Shown here piece by piece: positions 7,856 through 19,064 of a DNA stretch of 64,000 nt. The translations under genes and the position numbers were made by a program. Source of the DNA: an uncultured Acidobacteriota bacterium (GTDB taxonomy: Bacteria > Acidobacteriota > Blastocatellia > RBC074); the NCBI GenBank assembly GCA_963796275.1, contig CAWCKY010000006.1:1472001-1536000 (forward strand). Reading direction: 5' to 3'. Position 1 is the first letter of the stretch, and each line of letters starts with the position of its first letter. Below the pieces are notes generated by a model. It saw nothing but the letters and a program-made list of their open reading frames with translations, was not told where the DNA came from and did not search any database.

Positions 7856-10628
7856 GCGGTTTAGGCAAGTCGAAGCGATATTCCACTCGGCCCTCGAGCG
7901 CGCGCCTGGGGAGCGCTCGAGTTATCTAGATCAAGCTTGTGCCGGGGATGATGCGTTGCGCCGCGAGGTCGAACTGCTGATTGTCGCCGACGAGCGGGCC
8001 GGAAGCTTGATTGAACTCCCGGCTTATCAGCTCGCTGCCCCGATGCTCGCTGAGGATGGTTCGCGCTCGCTCATCGGTAAGAGCATCGGCCATTATCGAA
8101 TCATCTCTCTCCTGGGTAGGGGCGGGATGGGCGAGGTCTACCGCGCACACGACACCCGGCTGGGCCGCGAGGTCGCGATCAAAGTCCTGCTTCGCGAATA
8201 TTCCGTCGATGCCGACCGCTTGCGCCGCTTCGAGCAGGAGGCGCGCGTCGTCGGGAGGCTAAATCATCCGAATATCCTGACGATCTATGACATCGGCACT
8301 TACGGCGGCCCACCCTATCTGGTCGCCGAACTGCTCGAGGGCGCGACGCTGCGTGAGCAACTGCGCGGAGCGGCGTTGCCGTTGCGCCGGGCATCGGACT
8401 ATGCCGTGCAGATAGCGCGCGGGCTGGCGGCGGCGCACGATAAAGGGATCGTGCATCGCGACTTGAAGCCGGAGAATATCTTCGTCACCAAAGATGGGCG
8501 ACTCAAGATTCTCGACTTCGGGCTGGCGAAATTAAGGCGAAAGCTGCCTGGCGGCGCGGTTGACACAGGCGCCCCGACCCATCCATTGGGTACCGCTCCC
8601 GGCGTGGTGATGGGAACTGTCGGCTATATGTCGCCGGAGCAGGTGCGCGCCGAGGAAGTGGATCATCGCTCGGACATCTTCGCCTTCGGAGCGATTCTCT
8701 ACGAGATGCTCGCGGGACAGCGGGCGTTTGGCGGCGCGTCGACGGTTGAGACGATGAACGCAATCCTGAAAGAGGAGCCGCCGGAGCTGTCGCAGACGGA
8801 CCCCAAAGTCGTCCCCGCGCTTGAGCGCGTGATGCGGCGCTGCTTGGAGAAGAGCGCGGAGGAACGCTTCCAATCGGCGCGCGACCTGGCCTTTGCCCTG
8901 GAAGCATTGTCAGGCGTCTCTGCTCCGAGCACGGTTGCTCAGGCGGTTGAGCCTGCGCGAGCGGGACGGCGCCTATGGCTCTGGCCCGCTAGCGCATTGA
9001 TGATAGTCGCGGTCGCCCTGGCGTCATTCTTCGTCGGCAAGCGGGCGGAAAAGGCGCCGCCTGAGTTTCAGCGGCTCACTTTCCGCCGCGGGGTGATCGG
9101 GGAAGCGAGATTTGCCCCCGACAGCCAAACGATCATTTATAGCGCAATGTGGCAGGGCGATCAGCGCCAACTCTACTCGACCCGTCCGGAAAGCCCGGAG
9201 TCACGCCCGCTCGGACAGCCAGACGCCGACCCCCTGGCGATCTCAGCTTCGGGCGAGTTGGCTATCGCGCTCCACCCTTTTCGCCTCGGCTTTGGCCTCA
9301 AGGGGACACTGGCCCAAATGCCGATTACAGGTAGCGCGCCCCGCCCAGTTCTCCCAGATGTTTTCGCTGCTGATTGGGCTTCAGACGGAAGGCGGCTCGC
9401 TATTGCCCGTGAGGTTAACGGGCGAAACCGGATCGAATTCCCGATCGGAACAGTTCTCTATGAGACAGCCGGCACAATCTTCCGACTGCGCATCTCGCCG
9501 AAAGAGGATTGGATCGCCTTCACGGAGGACAGTTCCATTGCGGTGATTGACATCGCGCGCCGGAAGAAGATTCTCTCAAGCGGGTGGAATAGCACAAATG
9601 GTATCGCCTGGTCTCCCAGCGGTGATGAGGTCTGGTTCACTGCTGCCGAAGTGGGTTACAACGCTGCCCTCTATGCCGTCACGCACGCGGGTCAGCAACG
9701 CCTGGTGGCGCGCGTGCCGCATGGGATAAGACTTTTCGATATCTCCCGCGACGGGCGAGTCCTGCTGGTGAGCTATCATGTCAGTAAAGGGATCATGTGC
9801 CTTGCCCCAGGCGAAACACATGAGCGAGATTTGTCCTGGCTCGGGTGGGGACACATGGCCGACATTTCAGCCGATGGAAAACTGCTCCTCTTCACTGAGG
9901 CCGGGGAAGGAGGTGGAGCAGGCCAGGCGGTCTATTTGCGGGCGACCGACGGCTCGCCGGCTATCCGGCTCGGCGAGGGTGAGGCAAACGCTCTCTCACC
10001 AGATGGAAAATGGGCGCTCACGATTCGCCGCATCCGTTCGTCATCGCAGGTGATCTCACAAGTAATGCTGCTGCCAATCGGGACGGGGGAATCAAAAACG
10101 CTGACCGATGACCAGATCAACTGGCAGAGTGCGAGATGGTTTCCAGACGGGAGGCGCATTCTCCTGAACGGCAACGAACAGGAACGGGGAGTGCGCGGCT
10201 ATATCCTGGAACTCGAAGGCGGGAAGCCGCGTCCGATCACGCCAGAAGGGATAGCCGGGAGGCTCGTTTCACCTGATGGTCGATGGTTGATTACCTCAGA
10301 TGCCCTACAAAAGCTCTCTCTCTTCCCTCTAGGTGGGGAGGAGCCACATCCGGTTCCCGGTCAGGCCGATGGAGATGAGCCGATCCAATGGAGCGCCGAC
10401 GGACGGTCAATTTACGTGCGTCAGGACAGACAGGATCTCAACACCATGAGAATCTATCGGCTTGAGCTTTCGACCGGGCGCAGAGAATTACGGAAAGAAT
10501 ATATCCCCGCCGATCCATCGCGAACTGCTCGATTGCTCCCGCTGGCGCTGGCACCTGATGGGAAATCGTATGCCTATACCTACGCGCGTAACTTTTTTGA
10601 TCTTTATCTGGTCAAGGGATTGCGGTGA
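7845..10628 (+). CDS. Membrane Ser/Thr protein kinase with extracytoplasmic TolB/PD40-like beta-propeller
   Basis: [33 protein letters not shown]; TM near aa 380-400; repeated W/FSPDG motifs; overlaps the sigma gene stop. Confidence 0.92.
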   Translation: MTPERFRQVEAIFHSALERAPGERSSYLDQACAGDDALRREVELLIVADERAGSLIELPAYQLAAPMLAEDGSRSLIGKSIGHYRIISLLGRGGMGEVYRAHDTRLGREVAIKVLLREYSVDADRLRRFEQEARVVGRLNHPNILTIYDIGTYGGPPYLVAELLEGATLREQLRGAALPLRRASDYAVQIARGLAAAHDKGIVHRDLKPENIFVTKDGRLKILDFGLAKLRRKLPGGAVDTGAPTHPLGTAPGVVMGTVGYMSPEQVRAEEVDHRSDIFAFGAILYEMLAGQRAFGGASTVETMNAILKEEPPELSQTDPKVVPALERVMRRCLEKSAEERFQSARDLAFALEALSGVSAPSTVAQAVEPARAGRRLWLWPASALMIVAVALASFFVGKRAEKAPPEFQRLTFRRGVIGEARFAPDSQTIIYSAMWQGDQRQLYSTRPESPESRPLGQPDADPLAISASGELAIALHPFRLGFGLKGTLAQMPITGSAPRPVLPDVFAADWASDGRRLAIAREVNGRNRIEFPIGTVLYETAGTIFRLRISPKEDWIAFTEDSSIAVIDIARRKKILSSGWNSTNGIAWSPSGDEVWFTAAEVGYNAALYAVTHAGQQRLVARVPHGIRLFDISRDGRVLLVSYHVSKGIMCLAPGETHERDLSWLGWGHMADISADGKLLLFTEAGEGGGAGQAVYLRATDGSPAIRLGEGEANALSPDGKWALTIRRIRSSSQVISQVMLLPIGTGESKTLTDDQINWQSARWFPDGRRILLNGNEQERGVRGYILELEGGKPRPITPEGIAGRLVSPDGRWLITSDALQKLSLFPLGGEEPHPVPGQADGDEPIQWSADGRSIYVRQDRQDLNTMRIYRLELSTGRRELRKEYIPADPSRTARLLPLALAPDGKSYAYTYARNFFDLYLVKGLR

Positions 10629-10632
10629 GACC

Positions 10633-11379
10633 TCAATTGAACTGCTGGCACAAGAACTTGTTCAGCTTCATGCGCTCGTCCAGCGACGGGTGCGTGTTGG
10701 ATTTTTGCCACTTCGCAATGCCTGATTTAATGGCGACGACCCCCATGCGCAAAAGGATGCGGCCATAGCTCGCCGGGTCATCGCCGATCTCCTTCAGAGT
10801 AAATGCCGCCACCGCATCGCAGAAAAACTCGCACTCTCGTATCAGTTTCCAGTCCTTCTCCCTCAGCGCGTTGACTCGTTCATTCCAGACGTATTCGTGC
10901 GCCAGTTCGTGCGCGATGATGCCGCGAATCTCTGCATCGTCGGCGATATCCATCATTCGAGTCGTGATGATGATGACCGCGCGCGCGACCAGATAGGCTT
11001 GGGGCTGATCTGACCGCAATACGTAAATCGGTAGCCGGCTTCGCCCGTGGTAGTCGAGCACAGGTTGCACGACAGCCTTGAGTCTATCGGCGCTCTTGCT
11101 TTTCACGACTGGCAAATATTGCAACTCGACGATCTTGTTAATAAGCAGCGGGCCAGGTAGATAAGCCGGTAGACTCATCTGCGTTAAACGTTCACGAATC
11201 GCAGCGGGTGAGAGACCGCCGAGGCGCTCAAGAGCGTTTGCCGCCTCCTCTCCTCCCATAGATTCTTCCTGCTTGCCATCTGCACTGATACCACTGGCGA
11301 GGTTCTTTGTAGTCTGTCCAACTAATGTAACTGTAAAGGCGATGATGAGAATAGAGTTGAAGAAGACTTGCTTTAACAT
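10633..11379 (-). CDS. M48-like zinc metalloprotease, exported
   Basis: AHELAHE, E-FFCD, THPSLDER; start MLKQVFF with AAGGAG RBS. Confidence 0.75.
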   Translation of the reverse strand: MLKQVFFNSILIIAFTVTLVGQTTKNLASGISADGKQEESMGGEEAANALERLGGLSPAAIRERLTQMSLPAYLPGPLLINKIVELQYLPVVKSKSADRLKAVVQPVLDYHGRSRLPIYVLRSDQPQAYLVARAVIIITTRMMDIADDAEIRGIIAHELAHEYVWNERVNALREKDWKLIRECEFFCDAVAAFTLKEIGDDPASYGRILLRMGVVAIKSGIAKWQKSNTHPSLDERMKLNKFLCQQFN

Positions 11380-11901
11380 GGCTTCTCCTTTTCGAAGCGC
11401 TACGACCGCGCTCTCGGCATACAGCCGACATCCGGACACACTTTGGCTCGAAGGCCTCCAAAGCTGACCTTTCTGCGGCGTTGAATCTGGAAATTTGACT
11501 TCGGGCGCTGAACGAGGTCGTTTCAGCCTCTCGCTGCCTTCATCATCTAACGCGAGAGATGGGGCAAACCCCCATCACGATTTCGGAGGATTTTTTTGGC
11601 CGAGGGGCTTGGGAATATTGCTAAATTCTTGAAAACAATGGCGACGTGGCGACTAGAGCTACGGTTTGCAGCGGCTGCTATCTTGGGAGGTAGAGAAATC
11701 AAGCTCCTGATTCGCATATTGAGCCATGTTTTATAACGAGGCTTCCCAATTTTTCGTTGTTGCTTTGATGCAAGCTGATAATCCCCGCATCGTTCTGGCA
11801 TCGGTGAGTTAGAAGTGTTGGAACTTTCGCCTACGACTGAGTGTCGAATCAGAACAAGAAACGGGAAGAAAGAAATGGGAAGAAAGATGGGAGGATAAGC
11901 C

Positions 11902-14418
11902 ATGAAGCCGAAGCTTGTAGTCTCTTTACTCTTCACGACGGGGATACTTCTCCTCAGCTATTTCGCATTCGCCAGGTTTGTGAAATCTGGAGGTATAGGA
12001 TCGGTCGAGGCAGCTCAGCGGGAGATCACGCAGGGGGCGCTTCGAATTCTGGACAAAGACGGGGGCGCCAAAGGCGGGTGCCCGCTCAAACATACAGATG
12101 TCAACGCGGAGATAAGCGGCCATCTTGCGCGCGTTACTCTCACGCAGGAGTTCCACAATCCGCTGCCGGAGAAGATCGAAGCCGTCTATGTCTTTCCCCT
12201 GCCTCAGAACGCGGCGGTGGACGATATGACGATGTTAGTCGGGGATCGTTCGGTGAAGGGAAGAATCAAGCGGCGTGAAGATGCGCGCGCCATTTATGAG
12301 GCGGCGCGCGAGGCCGGCCACGTCGCCAGCCTGCTCGATCAGGAGAGACCCAACATTTTCACGCAATCGGTCGCGAATATCACACCGGGAGCAACGGTGA
12401 AGGTCACGATCAGTTACGTTGAGAATCTGCTTTATAGGGATGGGACATACGAATTCGTCTTTCCGATGGTAGTAGGGCCGCGCTACATTCCGGGAACGCC
12501 CGCCGGCAATTCGGGCGGGGGATGGTTGCCCGATACAAGCCAGGTCCCGGATGCCTCTCGCATCACGCCCAAAGTCTCACTGCCGGCAACGCGCGCGGGT
12601 CACGACATCTCGCTCGCCGTCACGCTCGATGCCGGCGTTCCGATCGACTCCCTCAACTCTGCGACGCATGACGCCGATGTCCAACGTCCCGACGGTCGCC
12701 GAGCCGTCATTCGCCTGAAGAATCGCGCGACGATCCCCAATAAAGACTTCATTCTCAAATTCGATGTCGCCGGCAGAAAGATCGAAGATGCTGTCCTGAC
12801 GCATCGCAGCCAGCCGGGCGGTTTTTTCACGATGATTCTGCAACCGCCCGAGCGGGTTAATGCAAAAGACATCACGCCGAAGGAGCTCGTCTTCGTGCTC
12901 GACACCTCGGGCTCGATGCATGGGTTTCCGATCGAGAAGGCCAAAGAGACGATGAAGCTGGCGCTCGAAGGTCTATACCCGCTCGACACTTTCAACTTGA
13001 TCACCTTTTCCGGCGATACGCATATCTTGTTTCCCGAGCCGGTTCCGGCCACGCAAGAGAATTTGCGCATGGCGCAGGATTTCCTCACCTCCCGCCAGGG
13101 CGGCGGGGGCACGGAAATGATGAAAGCTATCCGTGCGGCGCTCGAACCATCCGACCAGCAGCACCACATTCGCATAGTCTGCTTCATGACCGATGGATAT
13201 GTCGGTAACGATTTCGAAATCATCGGTGAAATCCAGAAACACCCGAATGCTCGCGTCTTTTCTTTCGGCATCGGTCAATCGGTCAATCGCTTTCTGCTCG
13301 AGAATATGGCCAAACACGGGCGCGGTGAAGTCGAGTATGTGACTTTGCAGGATGACGGCTCCGCCGCGGCCAAACGTTTCCACGAGCGCGTGCGCAACCC
13401 GCTGTTGACCGATATCTCGATCGATTGGGGCGGGCTGCCGGTCGCCGACGTCTATCCCCAGCGCATCCCCGACCTGTTCGACGCGAAACCGGTCGTATTG
13501 AGCGGGCGTTATACGTCGGGCGCGCGCGGTTCTATCCGTTTGCGCGGCAAGCTGGCTGGGCAGGAATTCACGCGCGAGATTCCGGTCGATCTGCCGGAAT
13601 CGCAGCCGCAGCACGACGTGCTCTCGACATTGTGGGCGCGCGCGCGGATCGATGATCTCGTGAGCAGGGATTTTAAAGGGATGCAATACGGGAATCTGAC
13701 CGGTGAAGCGCGCGAAGCCATCACGCAACTAGGGCTCGAATACCGGCTGATGACCCAATTCACTTCTTTTGTTGCGGTAGAAGAGATGATCGTGACGGAG
13801 GGCGGCCAGCCGCGGCGTATCGACGTGCCGGTCGAGATGCCGGAAGGCGTGAGTTATGAAGGGGTGTTCGGTAAGAACGAAGAGAGTGTGAGGGTCAGTG
13901 CAAAACTGCAACCTGCTCCGATGGTCGTTTTAAGAATGGAGGTAGAATCCAACCAATCAAAGCTAAGCAGAAGAAGCAGTGGAAGAGGCAACGGCGTAGG
14001 GGCGGGTGGAGGTAGCGGGGTTGGGCCGGGCGTTGCCGGAGGAATTGGCCGTGGCGACTCAAAACCGGCAGTGCTGGCTGGAAACGCTCCCGGATCCGGA
14101 CCTTCCTCACCTGAAGAATTAAAACGTCAACAATTGTTGGCGAAGCTGCACCCATCGGTTATTGCGGTGATCGAGCGCTTGAAAAATATCCAGCAGGGCA
14201 TGGGCGAGGCCCAATTTGTTCGTGATGGAAAGGCCGAGATTCAAATATGGTTAAGCGATAAATCGAACGAGACGATCGCCGCGATCAAGCGTCTCGGCTT
14301 CGAAGTGATCCTCGATCCGCAATCTTCGAAGCTGATCATCGGGCGATTGCCGATCGAGAAACTCGCGGCGCTTGCGGAAATGTCTTCGGTGAAATACGTC
14401 GCGCCATTTACGAAATAA
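11902..14418 (+). CDS. VIT + von Willebrand A domain protein (inter-alpha-trypsin inhibitor-like) with C-terminal extension
   Basis: VIT: EAVYVFPLP...LLDQERPNIFTQSVANI; MIDAS: VLDTSGSM, GGGTEM, MTDG; N-terminal signal/TM; Gly-rich linker. Confidence 0.9.
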   Translation: MKPKLVVSLLFTTGILLLSYFAFARFVKSGGIGSVEAAQREITQGALRILDKDGGAKGGCPLKHTDVNAEISGHLARVTLTQEFHNPLPEKIEAVYVFPLPQNAAVDDMTMLVGDRSVKGRIKRREDARAIYEAAREAGHVASLLDQERPNIFTQSVANITPGATVKVTISYVENLLYRDGTYEFVFPMVVGPRYIPGTPAGNSGGGWLPDTSQVPDASRITPKVSLPATRAGHDISLAVTLDAGVPIDSLNSATHDADVQRPDGRRAVIRLKNRATIPNKDFILKFDVAGRKIEDAVLTHRSQPGGFFTMILQPPERVNAKDITPKELVFVLDTSGSMHGFPIEKAKETMKLALEGLYPLDTFNLITFSGDTHILFPEPVPATQENLRMAQDFLTSRQGGGGTEMMKAIRAALEPSDQQHHIRIVCFMTDGYVGNDFEIIGEIQKHPNARVFSFGIGQSVNRFLLENMAKHGRGEVEYVTLQDDGSAAAKRFHERVRNPLLTDISIDWGGLPVADVYPQRIPDLFDAKPVVLSGRYTSGARGSIRLRGKLAGQEFTREIPVDLPESQPQHDVLSTLWARARIDDLVSRDFKGMQYGNLTGEAREAITQLGLEYRLMTQFTSFVAVEEMIVTEGGQPRRIDVPVEMPEGVSYEGVFGKNEESVRVSAKLQPAPMVVLRMEVESNQSKLSRRSSGRGNGVGAGGGSGVGPGVAGGIGRGDSKPAVLAGNAPGSGPSSPEELKRQQLLAKLHPSVIAVIERLKNIQQGMGEAQFVRDGKAEIQIWLSDKSNETIAAIKRLGFEVILDPQSSKLIIGRLPIEKLAALAEMSSVKYVAPFTK

Positions 14419-14535
14419 AGACGAAATAGAAATAAAGACGAAATAAAATGCTTGTTTGATCCTTGCCCCGGAGGTGCATGAAGCAGGTAGTCAGGGGGTT
14501 ACGTTGTGCTCCAACCCCTGGCTACCTGGCACCTC
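14412..14535. repeat. 17-bp tandem duplication followed by a nested GTAG-type REP-like hairpin between convergent genes
   Basis: GAAATAAAGACGAAATA x2 (14412-14445); GAGGTGC..CAGGTAGTCAGGGGGTT / AACCCCTGGCTACCTG-GCACCTC (14471-14535). Confidence 0.6.
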
Positions 14536-14630
14536 TTCGAGCTGGAGATCAACTCACGATGCTTTGAAAGCATTATCAAATCATCGAATCATCAACCTCA
14601 ATCGGCATCGTGATCGAGCGCAAAACGCCA

Positions 14631-16265
14631 TCATTTTTCGGCTACCTTCTTAATCTCGTAATTCTTCACTATCGGCAACAATATCCGTGACGGATACGGC
14701 CGGCTATGGTGGATCGTATTGGTCGCCACTTTCGTCTCCTTATCCGAGCGCAGCGGCTTCCCGGTATTCGGATTGGGATCGAAGCGCGGATCGTTTGAGC
14801 TGGTCACATGGACCGCGATGCGATGACCCTTATTGAAAATCAGGCTCGTCGACCAGAGATCGATCTTGAATTTGTATATCTCGCCCTTCTTCATGGATAC
14901 CTCGCGGTCGAAGCCCTCGCGAAAACGCGCGCGCAGAGCGGAATCGAGCACGATCCGTTCCGTCCCGTCAGGATAGACATCGACCAGCTTCGCCATCCAA
15001 TCGGTGTCGGTGCAGTCAGATTCGGCCCACAATTCGACGATCACCTGGCCCGTGACCTCGACCGGCGATTCGAGCTGAGCCGTCGTGAACTTCAAGACGT
15101 CTTTCCGTTCTCCGATCGGACGTTGATCCATCGGCCCCTTCTTGCCGAAAAGTAGCTGCCCTCCAATGGTCGGGACCGGATTCGCCGGATCGTAACGGTA
15201 GGTGCTGGCGCTTTTCTCATCGCCCGCAATCGCCTGGCTCAGTTTGCCGTTCGGATGCAGGAAGTACGAGGTGTTCCTGGCGGGAACCGGCCACGCCGTG
15301 GCGGTACGCCATTCGTTGCCCGGGGCTTTCGAATCGGTCGTGTCGCCCATCACGTAATACTTCACCGGCGGCTCGTCCATTATTCCGTTGTCGATGCCTT
15401 TGAGCCAATGATCGAACCAGCGCAGAGCTTCCTTCGGGTCGGGCGTTGCCTTCGGATAACTCACTTCTTCGACCTTGCCGTGCGCCCACGGCCCCATCAA
15501 TAACTTCTGATTTCCGGCCGCCATACCTCCACCGCGCGTCTGCAAGCCGACAAAATTATCGATGTTGCCCTGCGAAAAGATGTCATACCAACCTCCGGAG
15601 TTATAGACGGGTACCCGTACATTCTCCCAGTGGAGACGGCCCTCGCGAATGTTCAGATAACCGTCATCTGTATAATGTTTGAAGGTAGTCTCCAGCACAT
15701 CCAGCGCATTCTGGCTTCTGAGCCACAGTTCGTTCATCTCTTTGCGGAAAATGCCGCCGGTGTATATCGCCTGTTGATATGCGCTGGCGGGCGCCACCTG
15801 CACGTACATCGCGACCAGATGCGGCGGGGCAGTGATAGATGCCTGATTCGCGGCGATGCCCATCGCCGAAGCTCCGATCATTCCGATCTTGCCGTTCGAC
15901 CACTTCTGACTCGCCGCCCATTCGACCGTGTCGTAACCGTCCAGATGGTCATTCATGAACGGCAGGTATTTTCCCTCGCTCTTGAACCGTCCGCGGCAAT
16001 CCTGGACCAGGAAAGCATATCCGTTGCCCGTCCACTGCTTATGTTGTAATCCCAGCGGCCCTTTGTTGTATGGTGTGCGCATGAGGATCACCGGCCACGG
16101 CCCCGCGCCTTCGGGCAGATAGATGTCGGTCGCGAGCTTGATCCCATCCCGCATAGCGACCATTTCGGAGGAAGGCTTGATCGTTTGCTGGGATTGATCT
16201 TGAGGCGGCGCAAACGAAAAAAGCAGTAATAGGGCAGGGAAAAATCTTTTTAGTTTCATGGTCAT
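14631..16265 (-). CDS. CocE/NonD family hydrolase (peptidase S15-like), exported
   Basis: MRDGIKLATDIYLP, RTPY, QDCRGRFKSEG, GASAMG nucleophile elbow, GGWYDIF, GPWAHG, PepX_C-like tail. Confidence 0.9.
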   Translation of the reverse strand: MTMKLKRFFPALLLLFSFAPPQDQSQQTIKPSSEMVAMRDGIKLATDIYLPEGAGPWPVILMRTPYNKGPLGLQHKQWTGNGYAFLVQDCRGRFKSEGKYLPFMNDHLDGYDTVEWAASQKWSNGKIGMIGASAMGIAANQASITAPPHLVAMYVQVAPASAYQQAIYTGGIFRKEMNELWLRSQNALDVLETTFKHYTDDGYLNIREGRLHWENVRVPVYNSGGWYDIFSQGNIDNFVGLQTRGGGMAAGNQKLLMGPWAHGKVEEVSYPKATPDPKEALRWFDHWLKGIDNGIMDEPPVKYYVMGDTTDSKAPGNEWRTATAWPVPARNTSYFLHPNGKLSQAIAGDEKSASTYRYDPANPVPTIGGQLLFGKKGPMDQRPIGERKDVLKFTTAQLESPVEVTGQVIVELWAESDCTDTDWMAKLVDVYPDGTERIVLDSALRARFREGFDREVSMKKGEIYKFKIDLWSTSLIFNKGHRIAVHVTSSNDPRFDPNPNTGKPLRSDKETKVATNTIHHSRPYPSRILLPIVKNYEIKKVAEK

Positions 16266-16397
16266 TCCTATGAAAAAATGTATCGCAGGTCATCCAACCT
16301 GCGAAAGATTCATTGCATAAAGAGATTCACTTACCGCCGGGCGGTTCGGTGCATAGAGCCCACCACCTCGGGTTGGCCGTCCTGGTGGCCCGATGTA

Positions 16398-17207
16398 TTA
16401 AAGCTGAATCAGTTGTGCCCCCGTATTGAACGTTTTCTTAAACGCGGTGAGCCCGTGTGCGCCTCCGTTGACAAGTTTCCGCGCTGCGTCAAGCCTGCCA
16501 TCCTGTATCGCTTCTCTGATCTTCTTCTCTTTATCTTTGAGGAAAGTGGCGAGCAATTTCCCTGCAATCTGTGGGGAGTTGGCCAACTCGGGGTTCTCTA
16601 GTAACTGATCATCCAATCCGATCTTCTCCCCATACCTTTTGTAGTTATCACGGCCCGTGAGCTGGATAAAACCGCGCCCCTTGAATCTTTCACCATCCGG
16701 CGGGCCCTGGTTTCCCAGGTCGGCGCGAAAGTCGTAAAGATTGAAGGGCGGACCGGGCGGAAGCGTATTGAAATGAGAAATCTGTTCACTGATCGGGCGG
16801 AACCCGGCAGTTTCGACCCGGATCGTCGCGAGCGCCATCAGCACCATATTTCTGTCCACCAGCTCAGTCTCCGTGAGAGCTTTCAGAATGAAAGGCAAAT
16901 ATTGTTCGATACTCGTCAGGTTGGCTCCAGGGAACATCTTCGCAACCAGATCGACCGTCACGCGGGGGATGACGGTGACGGCGGCCAGATACTCTTCCTG
17001 CATGATCAGTCCCAGCGCGCGTAAAGTTGCTGGGCCGGCATTTCCGTCAACGAGAAGCTTGCTGCTTCTCTGGAATTCGCTGACGGCCGATCTGGTGATC
17101 GGACCGAAAATGCCATCTGGAGTTCCCGCGCTAAAACCGAGCGCCAGCATACGCTGCTGAAGGTTTTTGACTTCTGCTCCTCTATCACCCAATCCGAGTG
17201 TTCGCAT
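16398..17207 (-). CDS. Peptidoglycan-binding domain + GH19 (chitinase/lysozyme-like) hydrolase
   Basis: PG_binding_1: G.EVKNLQQRM..LGF...DGIFGPIT..AV..FQ; GH19: ETAGF, FKGRGFIQLTGRDNY, VNGG. Confidence 0.88.
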   Translation of the reverse strand: MRTLGLGDRGAEVKNLQQRMLALGFSAGTPDGIFGPITRSAVSEFQRSSKLLVDGNAGPATLRALGLIMQEEYLAAVTVIPRVTVDLVAKMFPGANLTSIEQYLPFILKALTETELVDRNMVLMALATIRVETAGFRPISEQISHFNTLPPGPPFNLYDFRADLGNQGPPDGERFKGRGFIQLTGRDNYKRYGEKIGLDDQLLENPELANSPQIAGKLLATFLKDKEKKIREAIQDGRLDAARKLVNGGAHGLTAFKKTFNTGAQLIQL

Positions 17208-17315
17208 TTTTCCAGACGTGATGTATAGACGAAGAACTACTCGAGTATCTCAAATTCAATTTTAAAGATTCTCAGAGAAGGGGCGCCGTGGCCGGCGGTA
17301 GTCCCGACTGTTTTA

Positions 17316-18776
17316 TTAAGTTTTCTGACCGCGCTCGCGCCAGACCCAGCCGAACTGCGTGTTGGACGGTTGCGGGGCTAGGTCGTATTCACGCTTCAGC
17401 TCGGAGACCTTGTCGGCCTGGATAGCATTGCGTTGCGCTTTGACGTCGATTTTGTAGAGTTTCGCCGCGTTAAGACCGAATATCTTCGCTTTGATTTCGG
17501 GCGATACCTTCTTGTATCCGTACTTCTGGGCGATCTCATCGCTGATCTGGAAACGGCGCAGGCGCTCGATCTGCGATTGCGGACTTCCGCCCCAGATCGA
17601 ATCGGTGCCCCAGATGATGCGATCTTCGCCGCCCGGCAGGTTGAGAATCTGCCCGATGAAATGCATCGCTGCGACACCATTACCATTCGACATATAATTC
17701 CACGTGCTGCCTATCTCGAAATAGACGTTTTTCAGTTGGTTCTTCTTGACGATTTCGATCAATTCGGAGCACCACGGGATGTATTGCGGGCTGGCGGCGG
17801 CGCCTTCGCGGCGGCGCGTACTCGCCGCACCCGGATGCCAACCGGAGTGATAGATGATGAAGTTGAGGTCCGGGAAATCTTTTGCCGTTTTTTCGACATC
17901 CTTCGGATGGCAGTGCTCTTCGTCGAAGAGGCCGAGCGGAAGGCCCTTGTGGATGCAGATGTTCTTCACGCCCAGCTTGCGCGTGCGCTCCCAGAAAGGG
18001 TAAGTGCTCTGCTCGTCATCGAGCCAATAGGGGCCGCTTCCGATTCGGGAGCCAGTATACAGCTTCCACGAATTGATCTTGAGTTTTTTGACCTGGCGCT
18101 CCATCTCCTCGAATTCAGGTTTGCCCATGTTCGGCCGCAATAACCCATGGCTGAGCATGCGCCCGGTGCCGCCCGCCATTCTATTGATGGCATCGCGCGT
18201 CTGCACCATCTTGTCGGGAGGCAGTATGTTCTCGTTCCACTCAGCCGATGGCACACCGCTGATAATCGCCATCGTCGTATCGCTGTCCATGAATAGCTCT
18301 TTTATGTAATGGGCTTGATTGAGCAGGGCGAGCGCATCAGCCGTCGATTCGGCATTGCGGCGAAACGAGCGCAGGAAAGTGGCCGCCTGTTTGCCTGCCT
18401 CGGTCGTCTCGAACCAGCGGCTCTCGACGTCAATATGATGCGTCTGATTGTCGAAGATGAACCCGTCCTTCGGCCATTTTTCCGCATAAGCCGCCGGGTC
18501 GAGCGCCTCGATCGGGTCTATCTCATAGGTTTTACCGAAGACCTCGTTGTAGGCGAGCATGGCGACGGCCATTCCTCCCGTCGTCCCGAGAAATCGGCGA
18601 CGCGAGATGCCCAGCCTCTTCGCGCAGAGACCGGCGAGTTCGAAAGTGCGCTCCTCCCAGCGCGCTTCTTCGACAGTCTGCGAAGGCGGTATGAACTCTT
18701 CGTTCGAGCAGATTTCCGTAGGTATAGGAGATTGAAACGGCTTCTCCTCATCGGCGAAACATTTACGAATCCACAT
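17316..18776 (-). CDS. Amidohydrolase_2 family metal-dependent hydrolase
   Basis: DNQTHH, CIHKG, IIYHSG, WGTDSIW, KIFGLNAAKLY. Confidence 0.85.
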   Translation of the reverse strand: MWIRKCFADEEKPFQSPIPTEICSNEEFIPPSQTVEEARWEERTFELAGLCAKRLGISRRRFLGTTGGMAVAMLAYNEVFGKTYEIDPIEALDPAAYAEKWPKDGFIFDNQTHHIDVESRWFETTEAGKQAATFLRSFRRNAESTADALALLNQAHYIKELFMDSDTTMAIISGVPSAEWNENILPPDKMVQTRDAINRMAGGTGRMLSHGLLRPNMGKPEFEEMERQVKKLKINSWKLYTGSRIGSGPYWLDDEQSTYPFWERTRKLGVKNICIHKGLPLGLFDEEHCHPKDVEKTAKDFPDLNFIIYHSGWHPGAASTRRREGAAASPQYIPWCSELIEIVKKNQLKNVYFEIGSTWNYMSNGNGVAAMHFIGQILNLPGGEDRIIWGTDSIWGGSPQSQIERLRRFQISDEIAQKYGYKKVSPEIKAKIFGLNAAKLYKIDVKAQRNAIQADKVSELKREYDLAPQPSNTQFGWVWRERGQKT

Positions 18777-18863
18777 ATCTGATCCTTTCTACTCTAACTA
18801 TCGAGTGATGTGAGAATAGCCACAGAGTCGCGGAGAAAAGAGAAGTTTGATATCTAAAATATT

Positions 18864-19064
18864 TTAATTTTCAAGATTCACATCGGCATTTTCAGATATC
18901 GGTCGCGACCGGCGATATTCTTCGAGAAGTTCCTGCATAATGTCTGAAAAAGTCCAGTTCGGATCAAGCTGAGGGTCGGCTTTCAATCGCTCTTCCAGTT
19001 CGCTGTAGGCTCGAACTCTTGCCCATGCGAAAAAATGTGCTAATTCCAAATCTATTTCAGGCAT
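18864..19064 (-). CDS. Small hypothetical protein
   Basis: 66-aa ORF on the same strand as the next gene; TTGACA-17-GAGAAT on the minus strand near 19127-19155. Confidence 0.5.
   Translation of the reverse strand: MPEIDLELAHFFAWARVRAYSELEERLKADPQLDPNWTFSDIMQELLEEYRRSRPISENADVNLEN

Noticed and set aside
16398-17207. Prophage around the endolysin-like gene
   Set aside because: No integrase, structural, holin or replication genes nearby.
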